A stretch of 62,997 nt of DNA, the filler included, from Lenisia limosa (lineage: Eukaryota > Protista > Breviatea), in NCBI GenBank assembly GCA_001655205.1. It is 15 parts of 15 records of this genome, joined end to end, with 100 filler letters (N's around TTAATTAATTAA, not from the genome) between each part and the next. Parts side by side here need not be neighbours in the genome. Positions count along the whole stretch, not along the records: positions 47,725 to 49,287 come from LPNZ01007924.1; positions 49,388 to 51,175 come from LPNZ01005934.1; positions 51,276 to 55,345 come from LPNZ01011029.1; positions 55,446 to 61,143 come from LPNZ01006977.1; positions 61,244 to 62,997 come from LPNZ01003203.1; 10 more parts are not named here. The stretch is one strand, 5' to 3'. The notes under the pieces are model-generated. The model ran no database searches. It was not told the origin of the DNA and was given only the letters and a program-made list of their open reading frames with translations. A program made the translations under genes and the position numbers. Positions 49,256 through 61,730 of this stretch are shown here, piece by piece. Each line of letters begins with the position of its first letter. Position 1 is the first letter of the stretch.

Positions 49256-50238
49256 CTGGAGAGGTGTGTGAAATAAATGCGCACAATNNNNNNNNNNNNN
49301 NNNNNNNNNNNNNNNNNNNNNNNNNNNNNNNTTAATTAATTAANNNNNNNNNNNNNNNNNNNNNNNNNNNNNNNNNNNNNNNNNNNNAAACAGGCCCAAA
49401 ATCATCTTTGTTGGCTAGAAACACACAAGGGCTGAAAAAAAAACAATTAAAAGTTATATACAATCTTATAATTACCACTAATCCCAGCACCCAAAGTAAC
49501 GTCCCTCCAAACCCTATCAAAGCTTCGATTGACGTGCATCCACTCGGGGAGAGGCGCCTCGAAAAAGCCTCGATTGTCCTAGAACGTTACCATGTGGTTG
49601 AGGGGGAGGAATATTGGAAGGAAAGGATTAATTTTTTTGGGAATATCTATTAATTTCAACTGAAAAAAGAGGTTGCACAATTTCACCTTTTTTCATTTCC
49701 CACATTCTCTGACGCTCAATAATTTTGGCGTGACCGTGATTTTGTTCCTATCCCCGAAAAACCACGACCAAGAGCCCGATTATCGATCACCGCATGCGAA
49801 CCGACTGACGGTCCACCTGCTTCAAAACAAGCAAAGCGCTTATTTCATTGCGGTAAGACTTTGTTTCAATCAACTCACATTTGGAGGACCCGGAAGGCAA
49901 CCTTATTTTTGGCGCAGGAGTCAATACTGACGACTCAGTCTCAATTCCACACGTATTTAGGGCTGACTGACGCCTATTGTTGTCTATCCGCATGTGTTGG
50001 TTTCTTTGAGTTTTAGTATTGGGCACTTACTTTTTCGTTATCATTATTCATTTAGACTTCTTTTTTTGGCCATGCTTGGGATTGTTCTTTCAAAAACTTC
50101 CTTCCTCTTCTCATTTTAAAGTGGTTTTCAAGAATAATTATTCTTAACAAATTTAGTTTACAGAACATCACATTAAGAATCCTTTGAGGTATACAGACAT
50201 CAATCATTATAAGGCTTCTGTTAAATACATTGACAAAA

Positions 50239-50741
50239 TTAGCTAATCTCTCTCTGGAGGCCTCGGTGGCTCAGCTGAAACACTTGAGAGACAATGGTTG
50301 TCAACTCCTTGGGTTCCCTGTTGGACTTGATTTGAGATGTGCAAAAAAGCACAAAAAACGGTCCATTAAATTGTTCTGCAGATAAAGACTGCGCCTTTGC
50401 TGTTTGGTTTTCACATCCATTAGCAAATCTTACACACAACAGGTACAGTATTCTGGTGAAGGTATTGGCAAACTAACTGGTCTGAATGAAATTATCAATT
50501 CATTCATACATGTAACGAGTAAACGTTTTGCCCATGTTTTGGAGGAATGGAGTATTTCTATGTATCAACAGTAGGGCTTCCCTACGGTCCAAAAAAAGAC
50601 CGTTTGAATATCAATATTTATCGAGGATTTATCGAGAAATTCGGTCTTTTTTGGGACCGTAGGGAAGCCCTAATCACCAGGTGATGCGGACTGCTGAGAT
50701 GGCCGAGCTAAAGTATGCACTTTTGCCAACGAGGAAGTCTT
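50239..50741 (-). CDS. 3' exons of a hypothetical protein
   Basis: GT-AG exons read EDFLVGKSAYFSSAISAVRITW, LVCQYLHQNTVPVV, KAQSLSAEQFNGP and EPKELTTIVSQVFQLSHRGLQREIS*. Confidence 0.4.
50572..50672. mobile_element. hAT-type MITE (family A, CCCTACGG subfamily)
   Basis: TIR TAGGGCTTCCCTACGGTCC / GGACCGTAGGGAAGCCCTA. TSD ATCAACAG / ATCACCAG (7/8 match). Confidence 0.92.
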
Positions 50742-51829
50742 CTGCGATGATAGAGGAGTAGTCTATTGTTAATGCAGATAGCATCTTGTTCCTCAAAAAA
50801 GAGTTTTGTTTGAATAATTGAAAACCGATTTTTTAATTTCCAACAAAAGGTGGAAAAGCTGGGAATTTGTGGAAAATGGAATTTATTTTTTGAAAAATTG
50901 GAATTGGAAATTTTATAATATATATACATATATATAGCTATATCATATTAATATACTATATACATTGTAGCTATATAATATAGCAATGAGAAAAAAAAAT
51001 AAGGATGTATTCGTTTATATTATACTATTAATTCACCCAATCAATTGCCTTATAACTCTGTGCACACAGCTTTCTGCGTGCCTTCCCAGCACACGATATT
51101 GTTTTTTTTCCTCAGATCAATTTACCCCAAAACTCAACATACCACCATCCACCCCCCCCCCAAACAAAAAAAAAANNNNNNNNNNNNNNNNNNNNNNNNN
51201 NNNNNNNNNNNNNNNNNNNTTAATTAATTAANNNNNNNNNNNNNNNNNNNNNNNNNNNNNNNNNNNNNNNNNNNNGATAAAAAAATATATACTGTATATA
51301 CATATATTATTGACACGATTGATTAAAGAGAAAGCTCAATATCCGTGTCTTTCAGTCAATAAAATGATATGATATGCATAGCAGTTGATTTTGGGCAATT
51401 TTTTTGGTAAATTTTCCAATTTTACTCCTCCCCCCCCCAGGGCTTTTTTTTTTTTTTTTTTTTNNNNNNNNNNNNNNNNNNNNNNNNNNNNNNNNNNNNN
51501 NNNNNNNNNNNNNNNNNNNNNNNNNNNNNNNNNNNNNNNNNNNNNNNNNNNNNNNNNNNNNNNNNNNNNNNNNNNNNNNNNNNNNNNNNNNNNNNNNNNN
51601 NNNNNNNNNNNNNNNNNNNNTATGCTTTCTCTTCTTGTTATTAGGGCTTCCCATTGGACCCAAAAAAAGAATGAATGTCTCGATATTTTACCAATCTTTT
51701 TCGGACTGAAGTGAAGCCCTGTTAGTATCCCTATGGGGGCCTTTCAAAGAATCATTCCATTTATCGTATATCGTATATTATACGTATAATAATACATGTA
51801 TGAAAGAAATCCCGGGCCTCACGCCATAG

Positions 51830-54800
51830 AACCTTCACGTGGCGCGCATCACTTGGCGGTCGGAGGCGAGCATTTTGGCGACTCGTCATGGTGGATGCCT
51901 ACCAAGGACGGCTGGAAAGTGGGTAATATGATAATCTGATATAAGGGAGGGGGGTCGAAAGATCAACGTCTCGTATATCTGATTTTAAAGATATTTCCTG
52001 ATTTCAAAGAGATATATTATATATTATTGTCCAAAAGAATCCCCCTCTATTTTCACCTGACACACACAAAGAATCCCCCTCTATTTTCACCTGACAACGC
52101 TTCAGGTATCAGAACCTTCCCTCATTATAAAATGGCGCGAGGTCCAGGCGAAGGAACGAGAGGTATGTTTATGTCTTCATTGTTAGCGTAAAGATATATG
52201 ATATCATATGATATCATGTATATTTATATCATTATAATATATAATTCGGCCAGATACAACATTATTTTTTATTTCTCATTGCTATACATAACATATATAT
52301 TATATATTATATGACATGAAATAACGGACCAGGTTGAGGTGATGAGGCGATTGGCCGACCTGAAGGAGCAAGAGCTAGACATCCGCCGACGCGAACTAAA
52401 CTTTATCATGGTAGGGGGGTATAATACATATATTTTTCAAGTAAAAATCAAAGGAAAATTATATTAATTGTGTGTGCTTTAAAAACCAATTATACTTTCT
52501 TTTGACTTTTGTTCAATGCATAAATTATAAACCATCTCTGTGTATTCAAATTAATTAATAGCCAAAAACACCGCAATCAATTATTTGAACAGCTTTCCTT
52601 CCAAAAACATATTTAGTTTGATTCCTGCTATAGCTTTTTTTTTTATTATTATTTTTTACCCAATATATTTGCTTTTCTTTTTTCAACCGATCCCGACCGA
52701 TCCACGAGTCCGGATCGGTTGAAAAATGTTCTAGATCGGATCGGAGCGGGGTCGGTTGGAAATTGGGACTGGATCGGTTGGATCGGATCCCAACCGATCT
52801 CGATCCCGATCCGATCAGATCAGATCCCCGATTGATAAGTTGTGCTTCCCTACGGTCCCAAAAAAGGCTGAATTTCTCGATAAATTCTAGATAAAATATC
52901 GATATTTTAACGGTCTTTTTTTGGACTGTAGGGGAGCCCTAGTGATAAGAGTTTCCTATGGCCTTTATGGCTTTTATCATGATGGTGGTGGTGTCAAAGA
53001 CATCACTATCAATGGATTCTAATGTATTATTTATTCACCCAATCATTTGCCTTACAACTCTGTGTACACAGCTGCTGTATGCTATTTTTAGTATGTTATT
53101 ATTGGTGTTTCATTAGAGAATTGCGCCCCCCCCCCCTGATAAATTTTCCAATTTTGCCTCTCCCCTTTGCAAAAATTGCTGCATACAATGAATCTTCTAT
53201 AACTGTTTTTGAAAACAATGTAGAAACAAAACAATAAATAATCCTCTCCCCCCTTTTTGTTCATGAGCTGAAATAGCACTATAGATTCACAGATTCAGGT
53301 AAGCTCCTCAGCAGTCAACTCAGAAGCCATGATCCCCTCCCCCATCCCTTCCCTCCAAAAGTGGGTTCATAAGGCTCTTACGGATAGGGCTTCACTTCGG
53401 TTCAAAAAAAATACCAGTAAAATATCGATAGTTTTCGAGGATTTATCGAGAAATTCAGTCTTTTTTTTGAACCGAAGTGAAGNNNNNNNNNNNNNNNNNN
53501 NNNNNNNNNNNNNNNNNNNNNNNNNNNNNNNNNNNNNNNNNNNNNNNNNNNNNNNNNNNNNNNNNNNNNNNNNNNNNNNNNNNNNNNNNNNNNNNNNNNN
53601 NNNNNNNNNNNNNNNNNNNNNNNNNNNNNNNNNNNNNNNNNNNNNNNNNNNNNNNGCAAGGTTGTAATTATTTGAGATTTTTTTTCTCGGTACATATTGT
53701 AACAAAAACTCCATTTAAGACGCTTTAATTTCAAAATTCCTTATCAAAAATATATTACGCAGAGTCTTTTGCCTTGATTCCAGGTGTCAATGGCAGACAT
53801 ATTCTGGGTTGGGAAGGTCAACCCTCCAGCAACATCGTTGACTATGGTTTTGTTTTTGTTTCGCAAATTGTCCATTTTGACGCCAGAGTGATGGGATTTG
53901 GTGCTGCAGAAGCGACTGGCCTNNNNNNNNNNNNNNNNNNNNNNNNNNNNNNNNNNNNNNNNNNNNNNNNNNNNNNNNNNNNNNNNNNNNNNNNNNNNNN
54001 NNNNNNNNNNNNNNNNNNNNNNNNNNNNNNNNNNNNNNNNNNNNNNNNNNNNNNNNNNNNNNNNNNNNNNNNNNNNNNNNNNNNNNNNNNNNNNNNNNNN
54101 NNNNNNNNNNNNNNNNNNNNNNNNNNNNNNNNNNNNNTCATAAAGGTAAGCTGGGGGAACCGAAATGATATTCCTAGGGTTTCTCTACGTTCCCAAAAAG
54201 ACTGAATTTCTCGATATACATGTATGTCCGAAAAAGACTTGATTAATATATATATATTATATGCATATATTTATCGAGGATTTATTGAATAATTCCTTCT
54301 TTTTACGGACCAAAACGAGGCCCTAACCATTTATCATATCATATGGTATGATATGATCTTTATTTCTTGATTTACCTTCGATATTTTACCGAAGCCANNN
54401 NNNNNNNNNNNNNNNNNNNNNNNNNNNNNNNNNNNNNNNNNNNNNNNNNNNNNNNNNNNNNNNNNNNNNNNNNNNNNNNNNNNNNNNNNNNNCCAATTCC
54501 TGACCACCCAATACCCATTTCCATAATCATTTCCTCTTGTCATAATGCCCATTTCTTGACCTCCCAGTACCCATTTCCATAATCATTTCCTCTTGTCATA
54601 ATGCCCATTTCCTAACCTCCCAGTACCCATTTCCATAATCATTTCCTCTTGTCATAATGCCCATTTCCTAACCTNNNNNNNNNNNNNNNNNNNNNNNNNN
54701 NNNNNNNNNNNNNNNNNNNNNNNNNNNNNNNNNNNNNNNNNNNNNNNNNNNNNNNNNNNNNNNNNNNNNNNNNNNNNNNNNNNNNNNNNNNNNNNNNNNN

Positions 54801-55300
54801 NNGGGGAGTAAAACAAAAGAAATTTCGATGAGGAATACTGGCGTAAGGGTACTAACGAACCGAATAATCTGAAGGCTATTATTTAAGTTGATAATACAAA
54901 TGATACATGGGACTTTGTTAATCTCACTATTTTTACCTGGTTCTCATTATCTAGGCCAAAAATGCCCCCATCAGAAAAGGAGGCAGACAAAGGTAAACTG
55001 AATAAGCCGAAATCGGCAGCTGAGGGCTTTTCTCTCCTGTTCCAAGCGAAGGATTCGGGTGAGTCTTTTCAACGTTATAGATCCGTCTTTCCGTGATATT
55101 GAGCTTTCTTTCAACAATACCACCATAAGAACATCCTTTCACTGATAATAAGACAACAAATATAGCATTCTTGCAATAGGCTAGCAATAGAGGATTAATG
55201 AGCAATCTCAATAATAAGATGACCATATTTCCTTCCAACTGACAATATCAGTTTCACAAGCGCGTGATGATAGAGCAAGGTCGATTACACCTGAGTTGTA
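51830..55300 (+). CDS. Multi-exon hypothetical protein with coiled-coil segment (heavily masked)
   Basis: Exons read ..GGEHFGDSSWWMPTKDGWK, VSEPSLIIKWREVQAKERE, VEVMRRLADLKEQELDIRRRELNFIM and ..EGFSLLFQAKDS. Continuity as a single gene is not proven. Confidence 0.4.
52680..52835. repeat. GATC/CCGATC-dense inverted-repeat tract
   Basis: TTTTCAACCGATCC...GGATCGGTTGAAAA inverted pair, plus more than 10 CCGATC/GATCGG motifs. Confidence 0.8.
52840..52941. mobile_element. hAT-type MITE (family A)
   Basis: Same internal GAATTTCTCGATAAAT core. TSD TTGATAAG / GTGATAAG (7/8 match). Confidence 0.85.
53033..53073 (+). repeat. Dispersed 45-70 bp motif (family D)
   Basis: ATTCACCCAATCATTTGCCTTACAACTCTGTG(C/T)ACACAG at 51031, 53033 and 56244, with partial copies at 2713, 20975 and 57508. 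Confidence 0.8.
53385..53482. mobile_element. hAT-type MITE (family A); representative of further partial or degenerate copies
   Basis: Full TIRs except the masked last bases. Other copies lie near 1160, 2443, 21001, 26730, 29618, 34251, 34800, 47550, 51642, 54175, 55620, 56570, 57650 and 59130. Confidence 0.85.
54500..54674. repeat. 56-bp tandem repeat, about 3 visible copies
   Basis: Equivalent positions at 54511, 54567 and 54623 (56-bp period), flanked by masked N runs. Confidence 0.9.
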
Positions 55301-55569
55301 GGTATATTATGGTTATGGTCAAGTTTTACGCGGTCTATTATGTAANNNNNNNNNNNNNNNNNNNNNNNNNNNNNNNNNNNNNNNNNNNNTTAATTAATTA
55401 ANNNNNNNNNNNNNNNNNNNNNNNNNNNNNNNNNNNNNNNNNNNNGGGGGGGGGGGTACTGATGGGATGATAATACAGGTGCTCTTTCTCTTTCTCTTTT
55501 CACACCATTCTTCATCTACTTTTCGTTCTGCGGATAATGTAGACAATATTGATATACGAAAATTCTACT

Positions 55570-58500
55570 AGTATGATGTATGCAATGGTGGCCAAAACCA
55601 GATCACCGCCAGCCTGATTAAGGTAAGAAAAATATCAGCAAACTATCGAAATGTTTCACTGGTTTATCGAGAAATTGAGTCATTTTCAGGATCGAAGAAG
55701 AGCCCTAATGATGCTCTATGCCCACTAGGCTTCACTTCGATTCGAAAAAAGACTGAATTTCTCGATAAATCCTCAAAAACTACCTATATTTTTCCGGTTT
55801 TTTTCCGAAACGAAGTGAAGTCCTAATGCCCACTTTTCTTCATCTACTTTATTCATTTCATTGGGATATAGTAGCTCTATGAACTCCAGCACCTACTTTC
55901 TGAAGCAAAGTTTGACACACAGCAGCACCCGCGAGGAAGACAGAAGACATGTCTGAAATGTCAGAAAAAAGACGTTTTTATGTGAATGAAGGTATTGTTA
56001 TGTAGTATGATGATATGTAATTATTTACATGTAGTATATATCATATGAATAAAGATATTACATGAATATAGATTTCTTTTAAAGTGAATTGCTTTGTGAA
56101 TAAAAATGTGTTATGGAGTATCCCAAGTTATTATAATCATCACACACTTATTAGATATAGCAAGGAGAAATATAAAACAAAGTTATATCTGGACTAAGCC
56201 GTCCACACCATCACGCTAATAAGAGATATTGAATATCATATTAATTCACCCAATCATTTGCCCAACAACTCTGTGCACACAGTTGTAGTGCCTCCCGCTC
56301 CCGTAAAGTAAAAACTGTCCGTTTCCAAAGTTTACCGGACAAAGTTCTGCGTCTTAAGATGGGCACCCCCCCCCCCTACAGATGACAGTAGTGAACGCGA
56401 TTGCTCCAAGCGTTCCAGCTGGAATGNNNNNNNNNNNNNNNNNNNNNNNNNNNNNNNNNNNNNNNNNNNNNNNNNNNNNNNNNNNNNNNNNNNNNNNNNN
56501 NNNNNNNNNNNNNNNNNNNNNNNNNNNNNNNNNNNNNNNNNNNNNNNNNNNNNNNNNNNNTTTCGAGGATTTATTCATACATTTTTTGAACCGGGGTCAT
56601 TAATATACCTATGAGACGTTATTCTTGTTCCAAAAAAATAATCGGTTGAGCCTAAAAATTAATTATTTTTATCAGGACTGAACCACCTTAACGACCATGA
56701 ACCTCAAAAGCCTACCAGTAACGGAAGGATAGAAGAGGGCAAGTAGGGACGTGAACGTGTTTCCGTCGGAGTAATGAGAGCCGAAATTTTCGTCAATTGT
56801 GTCTTTTTCAATACCCGTAATACATCTGTGGTGTTAGTGGTGTTCAGGCAGTCATTTCTTAGGAATGAGGGAGTAAGGATATATTATGTATCGGATAAAT
56901 GCAGATAAAAATGTAGTGAATGTAAAAGCGAAGCATGTTTGAGTGAGACCCTGACTATTCAGCTTATCGGCGATGATGATATCGGAGCGAGCAATATTTA
57001 AATTTATTTAGATTTCTAGGCTTAAGTCACGAAGTCCCTCCCACTCATCAGCGCCGTCTTGAGGAGCAATGAAGAAACCAATATAAATGGCTGCAACAGA
57101 GATCAGAACAAAACCGAGGAAAATCGGTCCAATCTTGGCCACCTAAAAGGTGATGAATGCACGGATCATATTGTGTCATAATGAAAATAATCCGTGTTTT
57201 TAAAGAGCCGCCCATTTCCCCACCCCATACCAGCTTGACACCAAGGAAAACAATGAGTGACAAAATGACAAGGAGAATGAGGCCGAAAATTTGATAATCT
57301 TGAGAGATAATTGGCGAAAGTCAAGAGTAAGAAACAAGAAGCAAAAAAAAAAGAGGGGGGTAGTCTGACTGAAGCCATCTACACTATAACATAACGCTTA
57401 TCAGAGATACTAGATTATAGTATACAGTGACCAGGATACGTCTTAACTATTTGCTATGTGATTTCCTCGGGAATCGGTCAAGACTTATCCCGGTCACTGT
57501 AGAGATTATCATTTGCCTTACAGCTCGATACTATGATATCATATGCTAATGTGCAAGTTTGTCGACAATTAAAATGACAAGAATATCTTACAAAATCCTT
57601 GGCTTGCTCTAATATAGTAATAAGAATGGTATCAAAAGGAGCAGGGTAACGGGCTTCCCGACAGACAAAGACCAGTGGAATTTTCGATACTTATCAAGGA
57701 ATTTAAGAAAAATACAGGGAAGCCCTAATAATGATAAATCTGAAAATGTAGCAGTATGATAAAAGTAACGGATTGCTTTCTGTCTCCTACCAAAAGTGTC
57801 ATGAATTGAGAGGCTCGGTAGTGATCGCAATACAGTCTCAACGGCACCAAGAACGTACATTGCTCCGGCGATGGACGTTCCTTTGGGGTTATTCAAATGT
57901 TCTACTGGGAGATTTTGGGGATGTAATATGCCCTTTTGGGGGTTATTGGAAGGTTCTATTGGAAGTTGAGTTCATTTGGGGGATATTGGAATAATCTAAT
58001 TGAATTGAGAAAGATACCTTGTTATTGGAAGATATTCTCCACACAATCATACCAAGGTAGAAAAGGATGCCAACAGCACCTCCAAAAGCAGGGCCCAAAG
58101 TACGGGAAATCATGAAGTACGCCCCACCAGCTACACTGGGTCAGTTCTCTCAGCAAAAATGACGCAATGGTAGGTGAATAAGACAGGCTTATCATATGAT
58201 ATCATAGAGATAATATAGCAAATAGAGATACATCGATATCATATCATAAATATATGATGTTGAAGTTGTTTGTGACAATTTGAGTATTCAATATTCGGTT
58301 CTCATCCATGATTTAGAGATAGGGCCTCACTCCGCTACAGAACAATTTGTCTTGTGTGCCTCCCTAAATTTTAATTTCACTCTTTTCCAACCTGGGATGA
58401 TACCGTTTGTGGCAATAGCGGACATAGACAGAGCGGTGAGGAATGTCTGGAGAGTTAACATAGGCTCTTGTAACGGGTTTCTTATAACTTGGAAATCATA

Positions 58501-60146
58501 GAGCAAATCGGTCAAGACTTATCCCGTCACTGTNNNNNNNNNNNNNNNNNNNNNNNNNNNNNNNNNNNNNNNNNNNNNNNNNNNNNNNNNNNNNNNNNNN
58601 NNNNNNNNNNNNNNNNNNNNNNNNNNNNNNNNNNNNNNNNNNNNNNNNNNNNNNNNNNNNNNNNNNNNNNNNNNNNNATACCTAAGAGTTAATGGGGTGC
58701 TGGATATGGAGACCGGGATAAGTCTTGACATGGATTTCCCTCGTGAAAATCGGTCAAGACTTATCCCGGTCACTGTATACATGTATATATCATATGTAGT
58801 GTATCAGAGGAATATACTACATGGTACATCGTCCATATATCTGTGATTTTTCCAACATCTGTGATTTTTTTTGAAATAACATTTAGAAAATAGTATAATG
58901 TATCTGTAGGTGTATGCGTACCCCCCCCCCCATCATACCCGCTTGGGCTGTAATATAGCCGATTCGGAGGAACAAAATAACACCAAGAATGTTTTGCGAG
59001 CATGGGAGTAACACACCAGTCAGAGTACCAAGTTTTGAACCTTAAATTGTGACATTAGCCATGGGGGGGGGGGCAAGATTTTAACTTGTTTGATAATTAA
59101 TTAAACACATGATGTTGAAATATTACTATTGGGACTTCACTCCGGCCACAAAATTCGGTAAACTATCGAAATATATCGAAAATTTATCGAGAAATTCGGT
59201 TAAAAAATATGGGAATTTTGCAAAATTATCACAACATGGGGCGCATCCCATCACTCCAGAGAACAATTGGACAAATTGAAACAAAACAAAACCCGGACAG
59301 AATCAACTCTGCTGATTAAACTTTTGAGAAAGACACGAGGTTGAGAACAAAAAAGTCCAAATCAGTCGCTTCTGCAGTACGCATCCCATCACTCCAGCGC
59401 TTTTTTCATGTGGAGAGTTTTGCTTATTTGGTGCGATTTTTTTAAGAACAAGAATGTAATTGTATCAATTAATTTAGGAAAAAAGATACAAATAACGCAC
59501 ATTCTGGTGTGATGGAGGATAACCAAATCATACAACACATCAAACCATTGACAGGCAACAATCATCATTGAGAAACTATTAAGGGAAATCACATTCAATA
59601 TTACCAAGAAGAGTGCGCAGAACAAACATAACCTATTCCCCTCTTCTGTAATAAAATTGTAATAAAACGAAAGTAAATCAAAAAACAAGGGATTCATATG
59701 TTGATTTTTGGACCTCTATCACACACAAATAGCGAAAAAAAACCAGCCAAAAAAAGAGTCAACAAATCAGTTTAGTAATGAGATCTACGTCCTTAAAACA
59801 ACTGTCTTTGTATCAAAAGACATAATTCTCCCATCCTCCCACCCGAGCTCTCTTCATCATCATCAGCAGCATGGTGGGTGCGATCTTGGTTGAAGTAAAC
59901 TCCAACATGACGGCTGCGATCCTGCTGGAAGAGGTATAACTCGTCTTTGCCTTCTTCATTCGCTTGTTTAAGCAGATCACGCAAGACCTGGAAGGGGAAT
60001 CAGCAGCGAACGCAAAACCGAGGTTGACTTACATGTCCACTCTCTTTCGTTACTTTGCCATTCTCAACATCCGCAACGGCTTTGGTCTCGCCAGTGGGAT
60101 TTGAAACCGTGATTTCGATATCGTTAAGCTGCGGGTCGGTACTCAT
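55570..60146 (-). CDS. SLC12: SLC12 cation-chloride cotransporter, KCC-like (3' partial)
   Basis: ATG at 60146. Motifs [89 protein letters not shown] and IPAGTLGAI. Confidence 0.93.
55726..55825. mobile_element. hAT-type MITE (family A), 100 bp, perfect 8-bp TSD
   Basis: TAGG(G)CTTCACTTCG...CGAAGTGAAG(T)CCTA flanked by ATGCCCAC at 55718-25 and 55826-33. Confidence 0.9.
57425..57499. mobile_element. Tc1/mariner-pogo-type MITE (family B), TA TSD
   Basis: TA|CAGTGACCAGGATACGTCTT...AATCGGTCAAGACTTATCCCGGTCACTG|TA. Other copies at 58708-58775, 58505-58532, 3242-3281 and ~29437-29490. Confidence 0.85.
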
Positions 60147-60778
60147 CTTGTTTACCCGAGCAATTCACCTAGACTCTCTATATTTTATACCTTATACACT
60201 ATGCAATAAAGAGCGCCCACACACGCGACTTGGTAGGGCCAAGGTAGGGCAAAAGGTCTTCTAGAAAATTTTCCCCGGTACGTACCGGGCATAATTTCAG
60301 TACCCGACCGGGCGTGTGTGACCGATAATCCCATGGGGGGTCTAGATGTTGTTTTTTGACGCTTATAAACTCATCAACAATCATCCGCAATACTGTACAA
60401 AGCTGTGTTTTTCAAAACAATACGTCCCTCTTACGTCAATGATGTATGATTAGTCCGGGGTGACACCTTCATACCAAATATGCATATCACATAGCTACAT
60501 ATTATATTCATGTTAATTCATGTGCTAAGAGGAAAAATTCAAAAGTAGTTTAGTAAAAAAGTAAAAACACACCGTCAAGCACGGCGGGGATGTCGTCAAT
60601 GACTATGTGGTTCAAAAAAGTTATCATAAGTAATCAAATTTAGATTGCGAAAAAACGGAAGTAAATGGTTTGAGTAAAGGAGAAAAGGTAAGGAATTGCT
60701 AACTGAGTACACTTATAGAGTAATTTATCTTGGTTAGAACACGGAGTTGCTTTTAGTCTCCCAGCAATCCAATAAATA

Positions 60779-60874
60779 ATGAGGAACAGTGCATTTCTCC
60801 TCGTTTTCGTCAGCGTTGTTGCTGGAACGCTGGCGTTTATGATGAATCCAACCGGTTTCACAAGCATTGAAAAG
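60779..60874 (+). CDS. First coding exon of a probable secreted protein
   Basis: MRNSAFLLVFVSVVAGTLAFMMNPTGFTSIEK is signal-peptide-like and is followed by a GT donor at 60875. Confidence 0.5.
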
Positions 60875-61730
60875 GTTAGTCACCCACTTTGAGCTCTTCA
60901 CCATCACCCCTTTTTTAAGGTCATCATTTTACCATCTAAACCAACATTACCAAGCTGTACCGTTTTATCACCCCCCCCCTACTCACCACTATAACCGAGG
61001 AATGATGACTTCAGTATCTATATTCCTCCTAGCTATAACGCTCACACAGTGAACCATCCATCACCACATTGCGCCTTTCACCATCAATCCATCACCACCA
61101 CCAAACTTTCCGTTTTTACTCCCTCCCCCTCCTGCGCTGGAATNNNNNNNNNNNNNNNNNNNNNNNNNNNNNNNNNNNNNNNNNNNNTTAATTAATTAAN
61201 NNNNNNNNNNNNNNNNNNNNNNNNNNNNNNNNNNNNNNNNNNNGATACAACCTTATTTTATATTTGCTATATACTATGCTATATACTGGAACGTTGATGG
61301 ACCCAATTGACCGACTTTCGAGTTGAATGAAGAAAAAAGATATCACAAGGTTCACCCAGAGTAAATCAGAGTCTCATTAAAGTTAATTCATTGAGTGGAT
61401 ATGAGTTTTACAGACAACAGTACGATTTTGAGTTTCCAAAAAAGCTCTTTTCCATGAAACTATCATCTTAATGTGAGAAAAGTATTAAAAATACTAGAGA
61501 TGATATGTAGAGATGAGAAATAAAACAAGGTTGTNNNNNNNNNNNNNNNNNNNNNNNNNNNNNNNNNNNNNNNNNNNNNNNNNNNNNNNNNNNNNNNNNN
61601 NNNNNNNNNNNNNNNNNNNNNNNNNNNNNNNNNNNNNNNNNNNNNNNNNNNNNNNNNNNNNNNNNNNNNNNNNNNNNNNNNNNNNNNNNNNNNNNNNNNN
61701 NNNNNNNNNNNNNNNNNNTTCATTTTGCAA

